In this document: positions 22,396 to 32,900 of the stretch, one piece after another | Position numbering within the stretch: the stretch's first letter is position 1 | Layout of the letters: every line of letters begins with the position of its first letter | Origin: Naegleria gruberi | Lineage: Eukaryota | Direction: 5' to 3' (one strand) | DNA: 64,000 nucleotides | Assembly (NCBI GenBank): GCA_000004985.1 | Contig: GG738858.1 | Made by a program: the position numbers and the translations under genes | The notes under the pieces: model-generated | The model's database searches: none | Told to the model about the DNA's origin: nothing | The model's input: only the letters and a program-made list of their open reading frames with translations

Positions 22396-23553
22396 ATGTC
22401 TCTAAACAAAAAGAATGTTTCCTATCCGGTAGGCAACAGATCACTATCAGCTTTAGCCTCTAATCGTAAATTTTTCGGAAAACATCTTGATGAGAATGGA
22501 AATATGCCATCAGCTGGGGCAAAAACTAGGCCGAGAGATCTTAATGATACGCTGTACAGAACAAATCCCAACCTTAAAAAGAGTGATTTTTCTGCAGAAA
22601 AGATACAAAAACTTCAAATCAGAAAGAGAGAATCTAGGATAACAGAACGACCAATACAAGAGGAATTGGAGCACAAAAAACAAGTTTCCGAGAAGTTTAG
22701 CTACTTTGTAAATACACGACCTTGCTTCTCTTATTCATTTCACCCTGACGTCAATGAATATGCCAAACAAAATGAGACAATTTTCTCAACAAGTATTGGA
22801 ATGAATTGGAAGATCAATGAAAAATCGAGGCATGAATTGGAAAATTCAAAACCAAAACATATCGAGGATTGTAGAAAAGAAAAGGAACTAGAGAGAATGT
22901 TTTACTTTAAATCACTTGACAAAGTACCTAAGAGAGATGAATCTGAACATCAGAATAAGGTGAAGATTGATAGATTTACCACATCTCCTGATAGGAAAGA
23001 AGTGGCGGCAAGAAAACAGTCAACTAGAGATAATTTATTACACCATAGATACTTACCTATCAATGGACCAACCAACGTAACATCAACCGAAGGCAGATTT
23101 AACGACTCCCTTAAACAATTCTTCCCTTTCGAACCAAAACTTAGATACGGTAAAACAGAGTTCAAAGACACTGATAATATTCATATACCAGAAGAAACGT
23201 CCCCTCTATTTTGTTCTGAAGCTGATAGATTAGTCAACAAAATAGTCGATGCAGATATATTCCAAAACGACGTGTATGCTGATTTAAGGAGGAAAAACAT
23301 GGCAATTACGAAATCAAGAGCAGATAGAAGAAGACAAAGCGAGCATGATGTGCGAGAGAATGCTCAGAAATTGGAAGATTTGAGTGAGCAGAAGAAACTA
23401 GCAAGGGAATCTGCCATTCGAACACTGAAAGAAAAGTACATTCAGGTTGTCCATGATAATGACCCAGCTCATGGGTATAACTTTTGTTCTGGTGAAAGAC
23501 ACGAACTAGTACAATCGAAAAATATTGGTTATCAAAGTTGTTTTCAAGAATAA
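22396..23553 (+). CDS. Hypothetical K/R/E-rich protein with no recognisable domain, intronless and with atypical codon usage.
   Basis: The 385-aa ORF follows an ATG and an A-rich leader. Codons such as CCG, ACG, CTG, GGG and GCG occur that are rare in flanking genes, and the region's GC is about 35-40%. Confidence 0.4.
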   Translation: MSLNKKNVSYPVGNRSLSALASNRKFFGKHLDENGNMPSAGAKTRPRDLNDTLYRTNPNLKKSDFSAEKIQKLQIRKRESRITERPIQEELEHKKQVSEKFSYFVNTRPCFSYSFHPDVNEYAKQNETIFSTSIGMNWKINEKSRHELENSKPKHIEDCRKEKELERMFYFKSLDKVPKRDESEHQNKVKIDRFTTSPDRKEVAARKQSTRDNLLHHRYLPINGPTNVTSTEGRFNDSLKQFFPFEPKLRYGKTEFKDTDNIHIPEETSPLFCSEADRLVNKIVDADIFQNDVYADLRRKNMAITKSRADRRRQSEHDVRENAQKLEDLSEQKKLARESAIRTLKEKYIQVVHDNDPAHGYNFCSGERHELVQSKNIGYQSCFQE

Positions 23554-24033
23554 GTTTAACAATGTTTGGCAATACGACTGAACTGATCATCTAAATATTG
23601 TGTGTTAACTTCGCACATCATCTATGGCTCAACAACTTTGTAAATAAAAATGAGCAATCCAATGTTTTACTGTATCTGAAATGAAAATAATATTTCAGTT
23701 TACCTTTCTGCTGGTTTAAAAGAAACGAATTCATCACCATGAAATCACTGTTATTTTTGTTGTATTCATTCATCTGGTATTTCATTTGTTGTTCCAATTC
23801 CTCACTTGCCAATTTCTATACAACCTAATTGTATCCTGGGATTCCAAAGCTTGTTAATAAAAGTGCTTTTCCTTGTTCTTCCGGAAATCTGCATCACTTG
23901 GACGACCAAATTAATAATTCACTGAGGTGATTTTCAAGTTCCAAACCATTTTAGAAGCAGTATTTACCAGCTACGATTACTGTAGTCTATTTCACTTGAA
24001 AAATCAACACTCATACAGCATTAAAAAAACACC

Positions 24034-25383
24034 ATGAAGCGTTCCTTAATATCCAGTACTTACCTCGAAGGAGTATCATCAGCTGTATTGTTGCTGTTGG
24101 TTTCTTTCACATGTTGTTTATTTGCTACAACACTTAATGCAGCTGTTTTGCCAAATAGACAATACAAAGTTGATGCGCAAGGATCTAGAAGGGCTCCCTT
24201 CTCTGCAACACATAATGATTATGCTCAACCAATTACTCCAGTAGTCAGTACCTTTGAATACACACCCATGGCTATGATTTATCACAGTGGATGGAACAGG
24301 TTCTTGTTGGGTACTCTTAAACTTGAGCCTCATCCAGGATTTGCCACTGAGACCTTCTTTTCTGGAATGATCACTGTTGACGCTCTAACTGGAAAGGTTG
24401 CGAATGGGGGATTTCAATTGGAGAAGGGATATTCTCTTTCGGCTCCTGTCTTGTTGAGTACTAAGGGGTATTTATATGTTCCTTTATGTTTTAAGTATTG
24501 CTTCGTGAGCATTGTTAATACTTTGGATTGGTCCCTTTCTTGGTCCAATGTTGAATCACATGCAACTTCAGTTCTTGTTGAAAGTGTCAAATGTTACATT
24601 TATCTTCAACAAAAGAGTATGAAATGTTTAGATATGGATAATCTTGCCACAGTCAAGTGGACAATAACTATTCCTGAATATAGTTATAGTACTGGTTCCC
24701 TTTTGTTGGTGAATGAAAATAATGAGGAAATTGTCTATTATAACGGTGTAAAGAGTATTTCAAAAGTGTCTCCAAAACAAGCCAAAATTCTTACAACAGT
24801 TGAACCTGGATATGTTCAATCAATAGCACATACTGGATTATCATCTTTTGTGGTAGCAATTGTTAAAACACAAGATGGTTTAGATGCATTCGGTATTGTT
24901 CATGTTGATTCTGGAAAATCCAGTTTTTCAAATGGTATTGGAACACTAACAACATATTTATACCCATCAGTAACATGTATTGAAAATCCTCAACCTAATA
25001 CTTACATTTTCAAATCGTTAGCTTATTTGACAGTTCCTGTCAATGGATCACCTACTAAAATACTGTACCACTTCTCAACAACTGTAACCATTGCAAAGGA
25101 TGGTGTTGTTTCGATTGCAACACCACAATTATTCAAACTTAATGAATTGAAATCTAAAACAGTTTCATTTGCATCTGTTTCAAAAGATAATTGTCAAGTT
25201 GTTTTATACAGAAATGGAATGTATAGCAAGTTGGATCTTCACTCTGGAACCTTTATGATGAATGTTGGATCTGTAACTAAAGGCGAGTCATTTAATGATT
25301 TAATGTTAGGTGCTGATAATGGAAGAGTTTATACCATTGTTGGAAATGCTAAAACATATCTTGAATCTATTATATTAAACTAG
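24034..25383 (+). CDS. Hypothetical secreted protein, S/T/V-rich with a beta-rich composition; intronless with atypical codon usage.
   Basis: The 449-aa ORF starts at an ATG. A signal-peptide-like segment (AVLLLLVSFTCCLFATTLNAAV) sits at the N-terminus. No TM segment or recognisable domain follows. Composition is GC-richer than the host genes. Confidence 0.4.
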   Translation: MKRSLISSTYLEGVSSAVLLLLVSFTCCLFATTLNAAVLPNRQYKVDAQGSRRAPFSATHNDYAQPITPVVSTFEYTPMAMIYHSGWNRFLLGTLKLEPHPGFATETFFSGMITVDALTGKVANGGFQLEKGYSLSAPVLLSTKGYLYVPLCFKYCFVSIVNTLDWSLSWSNVESHATSVLVESVKCYIYLQQKSMKCLDMDNLATVKWTITIPEYSYSTGSLLLVNENNEEIVYYNGVKSISKVSPKQAKILTTVEPGYVQSIAHTGLSSFVVAIVKTQDGLDAFGIVHVDSGKSSFSNGIGTLTTYLYPSVTCIENPQPNTYIFKSLAYLTVPVNGSPTKILYHFSTTVTIAKDGVVSIATPQLFKLNELKSKTVSFASVSKDNCQVVLYRNGMYSKLDLHSGTFMMNVGSVTKGESFNDLMLGADNGRVYTIVGNAKTYLESIILN

Positions 25384-25514
25384 TCAATAAACCCAACAAT
25401 AATTAGTTGATTTCATTCATAAAATATTTCCCACATCATGATCCTTGATTGAAAATGATAATAATACTAATAGGAATGTTCATCAACATGTTGTGATTTG
25501 TAATAATAATAAAA

Positions 25515-28500
25515 ATGAGCAATCATCAACAAATAACAACCACAACGACAACCAATTTTACTTTACCACCACTCCCACCTTCATTAATTCCAGCCAGATA
25601 TGAATTTAAAATCACTGGACAATTTCCATCACAATTCAACAATATTCAATCACAATGCTATCATCCATCACAACAAGTTTTAATATTGGGAGGAAGTAAT
25701 GGCAATTTATATTTTGTTGGTGGTGATGCTCATTATTATATTACGTTATCGGATGAATATTCAATTGAAAATATTCAAAATGATGAACAATTTCCGATCA
25801 TTTATTGTCTTTGTAAAAATCATCAAAATTCAAAATCAATTTTAATATCCTATGATTATTTAAAGAAGCAAATTGTCAATCAAGTACATTTTAATGATCA
25901 TCAAAATGTAACAAGTATCAAATATTACAAAGGTTATTTATTAATAACAACAATTGAATTTAAAAATAATATTTATTATCCATATGTAAAGTACATGTCA
26001 ACAAGTAATTTCAAATTTATTCAATCAATCTCGTTATTACATCCAATTTTCAACGCTCCTAATATTATACCACCTTCTAATTTATTAATTAATTGTGTTG
26101 AACCTCATCCGACATATGATCATGTCATTTCAGTTGGTTATTCGAATGGTGAAACTGTTATTTACTATATTTATCATGTGCAGAATACTAACAATAATTC
26201 AATTTCAACAAATCTTAATTGTATTGTTATTCCTTCACAATTTTCAGTAACCAGTTTGAATTGGCATGCTCCGAATATTATAATTTGTGGATATTCAAAT
26301 GGTTCATTTACTTTATACGAAATTAATCATCCTCAATTTACATTTTCTCTCTATTATGAAATGAATATGTTGAAGGGATGTACAAATTTCATAACTTCTT
26401 ACAATCAATTCATCATTTTTGGATTAGGATCAGATACTACAAATGCAGATTCTGGAATATATTATTTGAAAATGAATTATGAAGTAAGAAATATTGAATT
26501 TATTAGACATGTATGGTGTGATCAGAAAAGTATTGAAAATATTACATTGTTAAAATCAGTCTTTGATAATCCAAATTCAAACTCTTTAATGGCTAGTGTG
26601 ATTTATGGAGAAAATAGAAATGTGCTTGTTTTGGATTTATTTGAAAAGATGATTTATCCACAAAAAGAACTTCAATTATTCAATTTGGAAAAGTATTCTG
26701 TACCAACCCCATTCTACTCTACAAAAGATTTGATTTGTAATAATAAGGAATTTATTGTACTGAAAACTTCTGGGATGGATCTCTCAAATTTGGTATATAA
26801 CACTGTTCTTAATAATTTCAATCAAGAACAGTACAGAAGGAATATGCTTGAGTATTATTTAAGACCTGTCAATAGATGGAATATACTTGGCATGAAATAT
26901 ACTCAATACAGAGTCGATATTAATGTCGATAAAGATAATTACATTTTGGTAAAGCTTTCAGATCAAGCTTTAGGTAGTGCAGTCGAGCTGTATTTGTGCA
27001 ATCCATATTTTAACGATATCAGATATATTTATACTATTGGTAATCAAGCAAGTTACAAAACTATGTGCAAATGGAGCGATAGTGTAATTATTTTGGCATC
27101 TATGGATGGAAATTTAGATTTCTTGCATATTCCATCAGCAACTATTTTTACACATGACATTACTGAAAAATCTCCAACTGTAGACAACTCGACTAATATT
27201 TCAGAAGCTCAGGGAAACAACTTCCAAGGCATAATTGCACAAGTGGCCAAGTATAACTTTAACGTTTTAAAATATTCTAATGATAATCCAATTATCCAGC
27301 TAGTTCCTATTCAAGTAATTAATCAACTTTTAATTGCTTACCAAGATGGTACTATTAAGATAGTATCACTCTCTACAAGTGACATTTCATCTGATCAAAT
27401 TATTGAAAATGAGTTTGACAAACATTTTGGAAGTATTATTTTTGAACTCAATCCATCAGACATGAAGAGTTCACATCTCTTTGTAAAATCCATTTTACCA
27501 AAGAAAGATGTAGTTTCACATATTGAATGCTCGATATATAGAGGTAATCTCTATGCTTTCCTTGGTTTTGCCAGTGGGAAGGTAATGCTCATTCAACTGT
27601 ACGATCTAGACTATATGACCAGAAATTATCACAAACTGAGCAAATATATTCATGAGGCAAGATGGAAAGATTTAGCTGATCACATATGTCCATTCGTTAT
27701 TTATGAAAATTCAGCAAACAATTTTGGAAAAGTTATTGATATTTACACTGTTAATGACATTTATAATGAATATAATATTTCTAAAATGGTAGATGAAAAG
27801 TATTTACCACCAATGTTGAGAAGTGAATACGTACCTAATTCAATTATTAACTCTCCAAATGGACCAATTTGTTATACTATTCATAGCACTTCACTGACGA
27901 GTGTATTTGGAACTGTGAAAAATAATATGATTGCCTTCCCAATCAATAGCGCAAGTCCTCTTACCATTTTATTTCAACTCAAGAAAACTCTTCCAATATC
28001 TTTTAATTTTGTTTTGGATATTCTGGATATCAAGTTTGAAACTCTATCAAAGATTGAAGAAATGGCCAACTATAGAATTATTGTCAATGGTGTTCCATTT
28101 GAGTTTGATATCAACTCGAATCATAAACTGGTAGATACAAGGCAAGTGGCTGTTGTTGTAACAGGTGAAGAGTATCGTGTTTATGTCAGAAATGAAACCA
28201 AGTTTGAATGTATTGGATCTGCACCATCAGGTTACAATTGTGTTCAGGATCAGTACATTACAAAGATGAATTTCAAAGTACTTTCACATAGTATCCATGA
28301 CAAAGAGGCCGAGTTTTATGAAAACCAGTTCATGAATAGTAAGATGTACAATTTATGTGATGTGGATTATTTGTGTGAATATATTGATAGTGTGGAAATT
28401 TACAATAATTTATCATTCTCAGATCTTCAAAATTCTAGAATCAAACAACCAAACATTGTTGGATACATTTCCAAAGCGGGAATTCCTCCTCTTGGTCAAT

Positions 28501-29570
28501 CCCATGGCTACACTCGATCAAAATTCATCATGGTTGTCAAGGAAAAGGGTATTGAAGAATATGTTCTCTCAAAACCAATGATTAGTTTGAAAAAGTTCTC
28601 CATTAAGGAAGGAAGAAAGTATAATCATAACAATATAATATCATCTAGCTCGTTAGAATACGTTCGTTCTAATAATCAAAGTTTGATATTATTGGACAAT
28701 CAAAATAATTTAATGATGTTTAGCTTGAAACCTTCATCTTCACAATCTAAATCCATAGACAAGATTTTCACACAAAAAATATCAAACCTCCCAATATCAA
28801 GTCAACCATTCAAAATATCAACCTTTGACAGTGGAAGAGACCTCCTCATTTATAATAATGACCATGTCGTTTATGGAACTTTGTTTGATTCAAAAAGCCA
28901 TAAGAGTACAGATATTTTGGAACCTATTATCTACACTATAGATTATAAGCCACCAACTAAAGCAATTGGAGAATCAATTGTTGGATTTTTCAAGAGCTTT
29001 ACCAAGTCTACACCTTCAGATAAGGATGTCAATGAAACATTTTGGAAGATTTGTACACAACTTCAGAGAGAAGATCTCAATCTTGTCAAACAATTGGTTG
29101 TGAATAATATTGTTCCTTCTCAACCTTCTAACAATTCAGATTTTGATGATAATGAAAAGACCATTATTTCATCCTTCCTCTCAAAAGAATTGGAGCTCAA
29201 GAACAAACCAATTGTAAAGCCACTTCCTCAACCAACTACCACAAGTAGTGCAACAAATGCATCAACCAGTAGTTCAAGTAACTTGAATAATCTCTATACT
29301 AGAACCAATAGAGAATTATTGTTCGGAGATGATGAGAACGATGATAATATCAAAATTACATCATCCAATTCATCTATGAAACGATCTGAACTAAACAACA
29401 GAATTGAGGAAACTAAACTTCAAATGAGTGAGAATTTAAGAAAACTAAATGAAAGAGAGGAAAAATTGAGAGAAATTAATGAAAAAACCAGTGAAATGTC
29501 TGGAATGGCCTCTTCATTTGCAGCCAATGCACAAAAATTGAATCAGAGATCAGGATTTTTCGGTTTTTAA
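25515..29570 (+). CDS. Lgl/tomosyn (STXBP5/Sro7)-family protein: WD40-repeat regions followed by a C-terminal R-SNARE-like coiled-coil motif; single exon.
   Basis: The 1351-aa ORF has beta-propeller-like repeats through the N-terminal 1000 aa. Its C-terminus, RSELNNRIEETKLQMSENLRKLNEREEKLREINEKTSEMSGMASSFAANAQKLNQR, resembles a synaptobrevin-like SNARE motif (R-SNARE layer context). Confidence 0.55.
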   Translation: MSNHQQITTTTTTNFTLPPLPPSLIPARYEFKITGQFPSQFNNIQSQCYHPSQQVLILGGSNGNLYFVGGDAHYYITLSDEYSIENIQNDEQFPIIYCLCKNHQNSKSILISYDYLKKQIVNQVHFNDHQNVTSIKYYKGYLLITTIEFKNNIYYPYVKYMSTSNFKFIQSISLLHPIFNAPNIIPPSNLLINCVEPHPTYDHVISVGYSNGETVIYYIYHVQNTNNNSISTNLNCIVIPSQFSVTSLNWHAPNIIICGYSNGSFTLYEINHPQFTFSLYYEMNMLKGCTNFITSYNQFIIFGLGSDTTNADSGIYYLKMNYEVRNIEFIRHVWCDQKSIENITLLKSVFDNPNSNSLMASVIYGENRNVLVLDLFEKMIYPQKELQLFNLEKYSVPTPFYSTKDLICNNKEFIVLKTSGMDLSNLVYNTVLNNFNQEQYRRNMLEYYLRPVNRWNILGMKYTQYRVDINVDKDNYILVKLSDQALGSAVELYLCNPYFNDIRYIYTIGNQASYKTMCKWSDSVIILASMDGNLDFLHIPSATIFTHDITEKSPTVDNSTNISEAQGNNFQGIIAQVAKYNFNVLKYSNDNPIIQLVPIQVINQLLIAYQDGTIKIVSLSTSDISSDQIIENEFDKHFGSIIFELNPSDMKSSHLFVKSILPKKDVVSHIECSIYRGNLYAFLGFASGKVMLIQLYDLDYMTRNYHKLSKYIHEARWKDLADHICPFVIYENSANNFGKVIDIYTVNDIYNEYNISKMVDEKYLPPMLRSEYVPNSIINSPNGPICYTIHSTSLTSVFGTVKNNMIAFPINSASPLTILFQLKKTLPISFNFVLDILDIKFETLSKIEEMANYRIIVNGVPFEFDINSNHKLVDTRQVAVVVTGEEYRVYVRNETKFECIGSAPSGYNCVQDQYITKMNFKVLSHSIHDKEAEFYENQFMNSKMYNLCDVDYLCEYIDSVEIYNNLSFSDLQNSRIKQPNIVGYISKAGIPPLGQSHGYTRSKFIMVVKEKGIEEYVLSKPMISLKKFSIKEGRKYNHNNIISSSSLEYVRSNNQSLILLDNQNNLMMFSLKPSSSQSKSIDKIFTQKISNLPISSQPFKISTFDSGRDLLIYNNDHVVYGTLFDSKSHKSTDILEPIIYTIDYKPPTKAIGESIVGFFKSFTKSTPSDKDVNETFWKICTQLQREDLNLVKQLVVNNIVPSQPSNNSDFDDNEKTIISSFLSKELELKNKPIVKPLPQPTTTSSATNASTSSSSNLNNLYTRTNRELLFGDDENDDNIKITSSNSSMKRSELNNRIEETKLQMSENLRKLNEREEKLREINEKTSEMSGMASSFAANAQKLNQRSGFFGF

Positions 29571-30061
29571 TATTCGTGATATTTAGCAATATCCAAACTA
29601 GGTACATCCTTATTCGGATATAAAATTTTCTCAAATTTCAACAAACATTCCACAAAACCTTCATTTGGTTTAATCTTATTTCGATGTTCCTTCACATATT
29701 CATATGCAGTTTTACAATCCCATTCCTTACTTTTCATAAGATAGGCAATTACCATTGAGGCAGATCTAGAACATCCACTAGCACAATGAAAAAGAATACT
29801 CTTATCGGAATGATTTTCTCTAAATTGACTAACAAATTCAATCATCTTTTCAAAATATGGCATTAAATCAAAATGAGTATCATCATTTAATTCCATTTTC
29901 AAATATTTAATATTCCCATCTTGAAAATGATTGGGTATTTCTCTTGCACAATTAATAACACATCCAATATTTAATTCTTCAAATATTTTGAAATTTCTAG
30001 CATGAGCAAATGATCCCAAATATAATTCTTGTGGCAATATTGAACTAGGAAGTGATGACAT
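29567..30061 (-). CDS. Dual-specificity protein phosphatase (DUSP).
   Basis: The 164-aa ORF contains the CX5R active site HCASGCSRSASMVIAYLM. Its 3' end overlaps the Lgl stop by 4 nt. Confidence 0.8.
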   Translation of the reverse strand: MSSLPSSILPQELYLGSFAHARNFKIFEELNIGCVINCAREIPNHFQDGNIKYLKMELNDDTHFDLMPYFEKMIEFVSQFRENHSDKSILFHCASGCSRSASMVIAYLMKSKEWDCKTAYEYVKEHRNKIKPNEGFVECLLKFEKILYPNKDVPSLDIAKYHEY

Positions 30062-30338
30062 TTTTTTTTGAGTTTCTTGATGAACTTTTGAACTTGCTTG
30101 AAGATATTAATATTGTTGTAAAGCTATCATTTATTTAATTGAATTATGGATAGTTCCTCTGAAGAGAATTTGTCTAATAATAGTATTCTCAATAATTTAA
30201 TTTGAACAAAGGTCATTGAAACAAAGCAAGAAAATTAATTCCTTGTGGTGGAATTTTTTTTGGCGCCAAAATTTCAATATAAATACCACAAGGAATCTGA
30301 GCTGATTTTCAAACACAACAATTAGTAAATCAAAAAAA

Positions 30339-31032
30339 ATGCAAGCAAACAATCAAGTACCAACATTCAAGCTTCTCCTCGTTGGAGATGGTGGAACCGG
30401 AAAGACAACATTTGTTAAGAGACATTTGACTGGTGAATTTGAAAAACGTTACATTGCAACTGTTGGAGTTGAAGTTCGTCCATTAAGATTCAACACAACA
30501 AGAGGACCAATTTGTTTTGAGGTTTGGGATACTGCTGGTCAAGAAAAATTTGGTGTAAGTAATATTTAATACTTTACAAAATAGTTTACAAAAATATAAG
30601 GGATTGAGAGATGGTTATTATATTGGAGGAAAGTGTGCAATCATCATGTTTGATGTAACCTCAGTAGCCACCTATAAAAATGTTCCAACATGGCATCGTG
30701 ACATTGTCAGAGTGTGTGAAAACATTCCAATTGTCTTGTGTGGAAATAAGGTTGATGTTCAAGATAGAAAGGTTAAACCAAAATCAATCAAATATCACAG
30801 AACTAAACAATTGCAATATTATGATATCTCAGCAAAGAGCAATTACAATTATGAGAAACCATTCTTGTGGTTGGCAAGACAAATTGTTGGTGATCCAAAG
30901 TTGAGTTTAGTTGAAGAAATTCCAATTTGTCCAGTTGATATTGTAATTGATTTGGAAATGATTAAGAAATATGAAGAAGAATTGGCAAAATATAGTGCAA
31001 TTGCACTTCCAGATGATGATGAAGATTTGTAA
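30339..31032 (+). CDS. ran: Ran GTPase. Two exons: 30339..30554 and 30601..31032.
   Basis: Exon 1 encodes [36 protein letters not shown]...[11 protein letters not shown] 46-nt GTAAGT...ATAAG intron follows. Exon 2 encodes [21 protein letters not shown]...[11 protein letters not shown]...[21 protein letters not shown] and ends in the acidic tail DDDEDL. Confidence 0.9.
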
Positions 31033-31285
31033 ATTTGAAATTCCAATTCATTGTTTTATTGTAAATAAATCATTTTTCCAAGGAATTGCATTGTTGAAGT
31101 TTGTTAATCTTGGAAGGAATATGATGAGAGCTTTTTCATTGTAAGTTTCAAACTTTCAAGTCTCGGATGTATCAATTAGTTAGTGCTATCTTGGACGCAC
31201 AAATTATTTTTTAAAACACTTTAAAAGTTTGATGAGTGGACATGATCAAAATTTCAAAACAAAATCAAAAAAAAAATACTAGAAA

Positions 31286-32005
31286 ATGTCTTCTGTTTTT
31301 AATACTTTCTTCATTGTTGGTGCTTCTCGTGGCATTGGTTTGGAATTGGTCAAACAATTATTACAAAGTAATCCAAATAGAATTGTTCACGCAACAACTA
31401 GATCTCACTCTGATAGTTTGGCTCAATTACAACAAGAAGTCACCACTCAACGTTTGATTATTCATGAAAACTTGGATGTTAACAATGATGAGTCAACTGA
31501 AGCACTCGTTCAAAAACTCTTGAATCAAAATGTTAAGATTGATGTCTTGATTAATAATGCAGGTATTATTGGAAAAGATTCAATTGGTAGTGTTTCCAGA
31601 CAAGAACTTTCCAACATGTTACAAACTAATACCTTCTCTCCAATTATTGTTTCACAAAAATTTTACAATAATCAACTCATCAACCAAAATGGTTTGATTG
31701 TTAACATTTCAAGTATTATTGGTTCAATTGAGCTTGGTATTGGTCATGTTTTTAATTCTGCTTCTTATGCAATTTCTAAGGCAGCCCTTAATATGGTTTC
31801 TAAACTTCAAAGTTTGGCATTTGCTGAAGGAAAAGTCAATGCAATTTCACTACATCCCGGATGGTTGCAAACCCAGCTTGGGGGCCAAAATGCTCCACTC
31901 TCTGTTGATGTTGGTGTTTCAGGAATTGTTAAGGTCATTGATAATTTCAATCAAGAACAAAATGGTACCTTCCTTCAATATGATGGAACTCCAGTTAAAT
32001 TGTAA
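31286..32005 (+). CDS. Short-chain dehydrogenase/reductase (SDR) family oxidoreductase.
   Basis: The 239-aa ORF has the cofactor site FFIVGASRGIGLEL (TGxxxGxG), an NNAG motif and the catalytic YAISKAALN (YxxxK). Confidence 0.75.
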   Translation: MSSVFNTFFIVGASRGIGLELVKQLLQSNPNRIVHATTRSHSDSLAQLQQEVTTQRLIIHENLDVNNDESTEALVQKLLNQNVKIDVLINNAGIIGKDSIGSVSRQELSNMLQTNTFSPIIVSQKFYNNQLINQNGLIVNISSIIGSIELGIGHVFNSASYAISKAALNMVSKLQSLAFAEGKVNAISLHPGWLQTQLGGQNAPLSVDVGVSGIVKVIDNFNQEQNGTFLQYDGTPVKL

Positions 32006-32066
32006 TCTTTATTCGAAACCATTAGAACTAGATTTGCAAATAAATGTATATTCTAAACTCATCATC

Positions 32067-32642
32067 TCAATAATTGACAGTTCTAAAAGTGAGTGAAACT
32101 CTTCTGTCACCTTCCAATGAACCTGATTCAATTCCATGTTTGTAGACATTTCTAGAATCACCAGTCATTAGATAGAGTGATCGTTCAGGTAGTTTCACTT
32201 TCACTTTCTTGTTATTTTTGGTAAATGTTAAGGTTGAAGTGCATTCTAAACTCAATCCAAATATTATTTCCTTATATGTACTACGATGATCAAAGTGTTG
32301 ATCTAATTTATCTTCAGGCTTGTATTCATTGATGAAAATCTCTGTATATTTATCAATTCCCAAGTAAGGTTCATAATCTTTCAAATCAATTTGAGGTAAT
32401 TTGTTTCTCGTAGTTTCCAATATTCTTTTCGAAAGCTCTTTCAAAAATTCAGGAAGAGGAGTAATATCATTTGGAATAATCGTATAACTCTGATCATGTT
32501 TAGGTCCATAAATTTGAATATTTCTTGTTTGAGATCTATTCTTTATCCAAGTTTGTTGATTGATTTCATTCATTAAATTTGTTGCTTCTGTTGAAGAAAG
32601 AAAATCTTCAATGAGATAAAGACCTGGTACTTGTGTTTCCAT
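32067..32642 (-). CDS. AlkB-family 2OG-Fe(II) dioxygenase (ALKBH-like).
   Basis: The 191-aa ORF has the HxD...H iron triad context (LDQHFDHRS...) and the C-terminal RVSLTFR 2OG-binding motif. Confidence 0.6.
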   Translation of the reverse strand: METQVPGLYLIEDFLSSTEATNLMNEINQQTWIKNRSQTRNIQIYGPKHDQSYTIIPNDITPLPEFLKELSKRILETTRNKLPQIDLKDYEPYLGIDKYTEIFINEYKPEDKLDQHFDHRSTYKEIIFGLSLECTSTLTFTKNNKKVKVKLPERSLYLMTGDSRNVYKHGIESGSLEGDRRVSLTFRTVNY

Positions 32643-32900
32643 TTATTTTTGATTTGTTGGTGTCGAATGTAATCAGTGAATAGAATTTTATTAATATATC
32701 AACCAAGAACATTGAACTTTGATTGTAAAAAATAGTAAAAATAAATTTAATCACCCATGAATAAATCTTGAAAGTGAAATTTACTTTTTTCAATTCAATG
32801 AAATCATTGGATTCATTCTTTACGAAAAAACTCATCTTTAATATAACATCAAAATTCAACACAATGAAAATCAACAAGAAAAAAACAGAACAATCCAATA

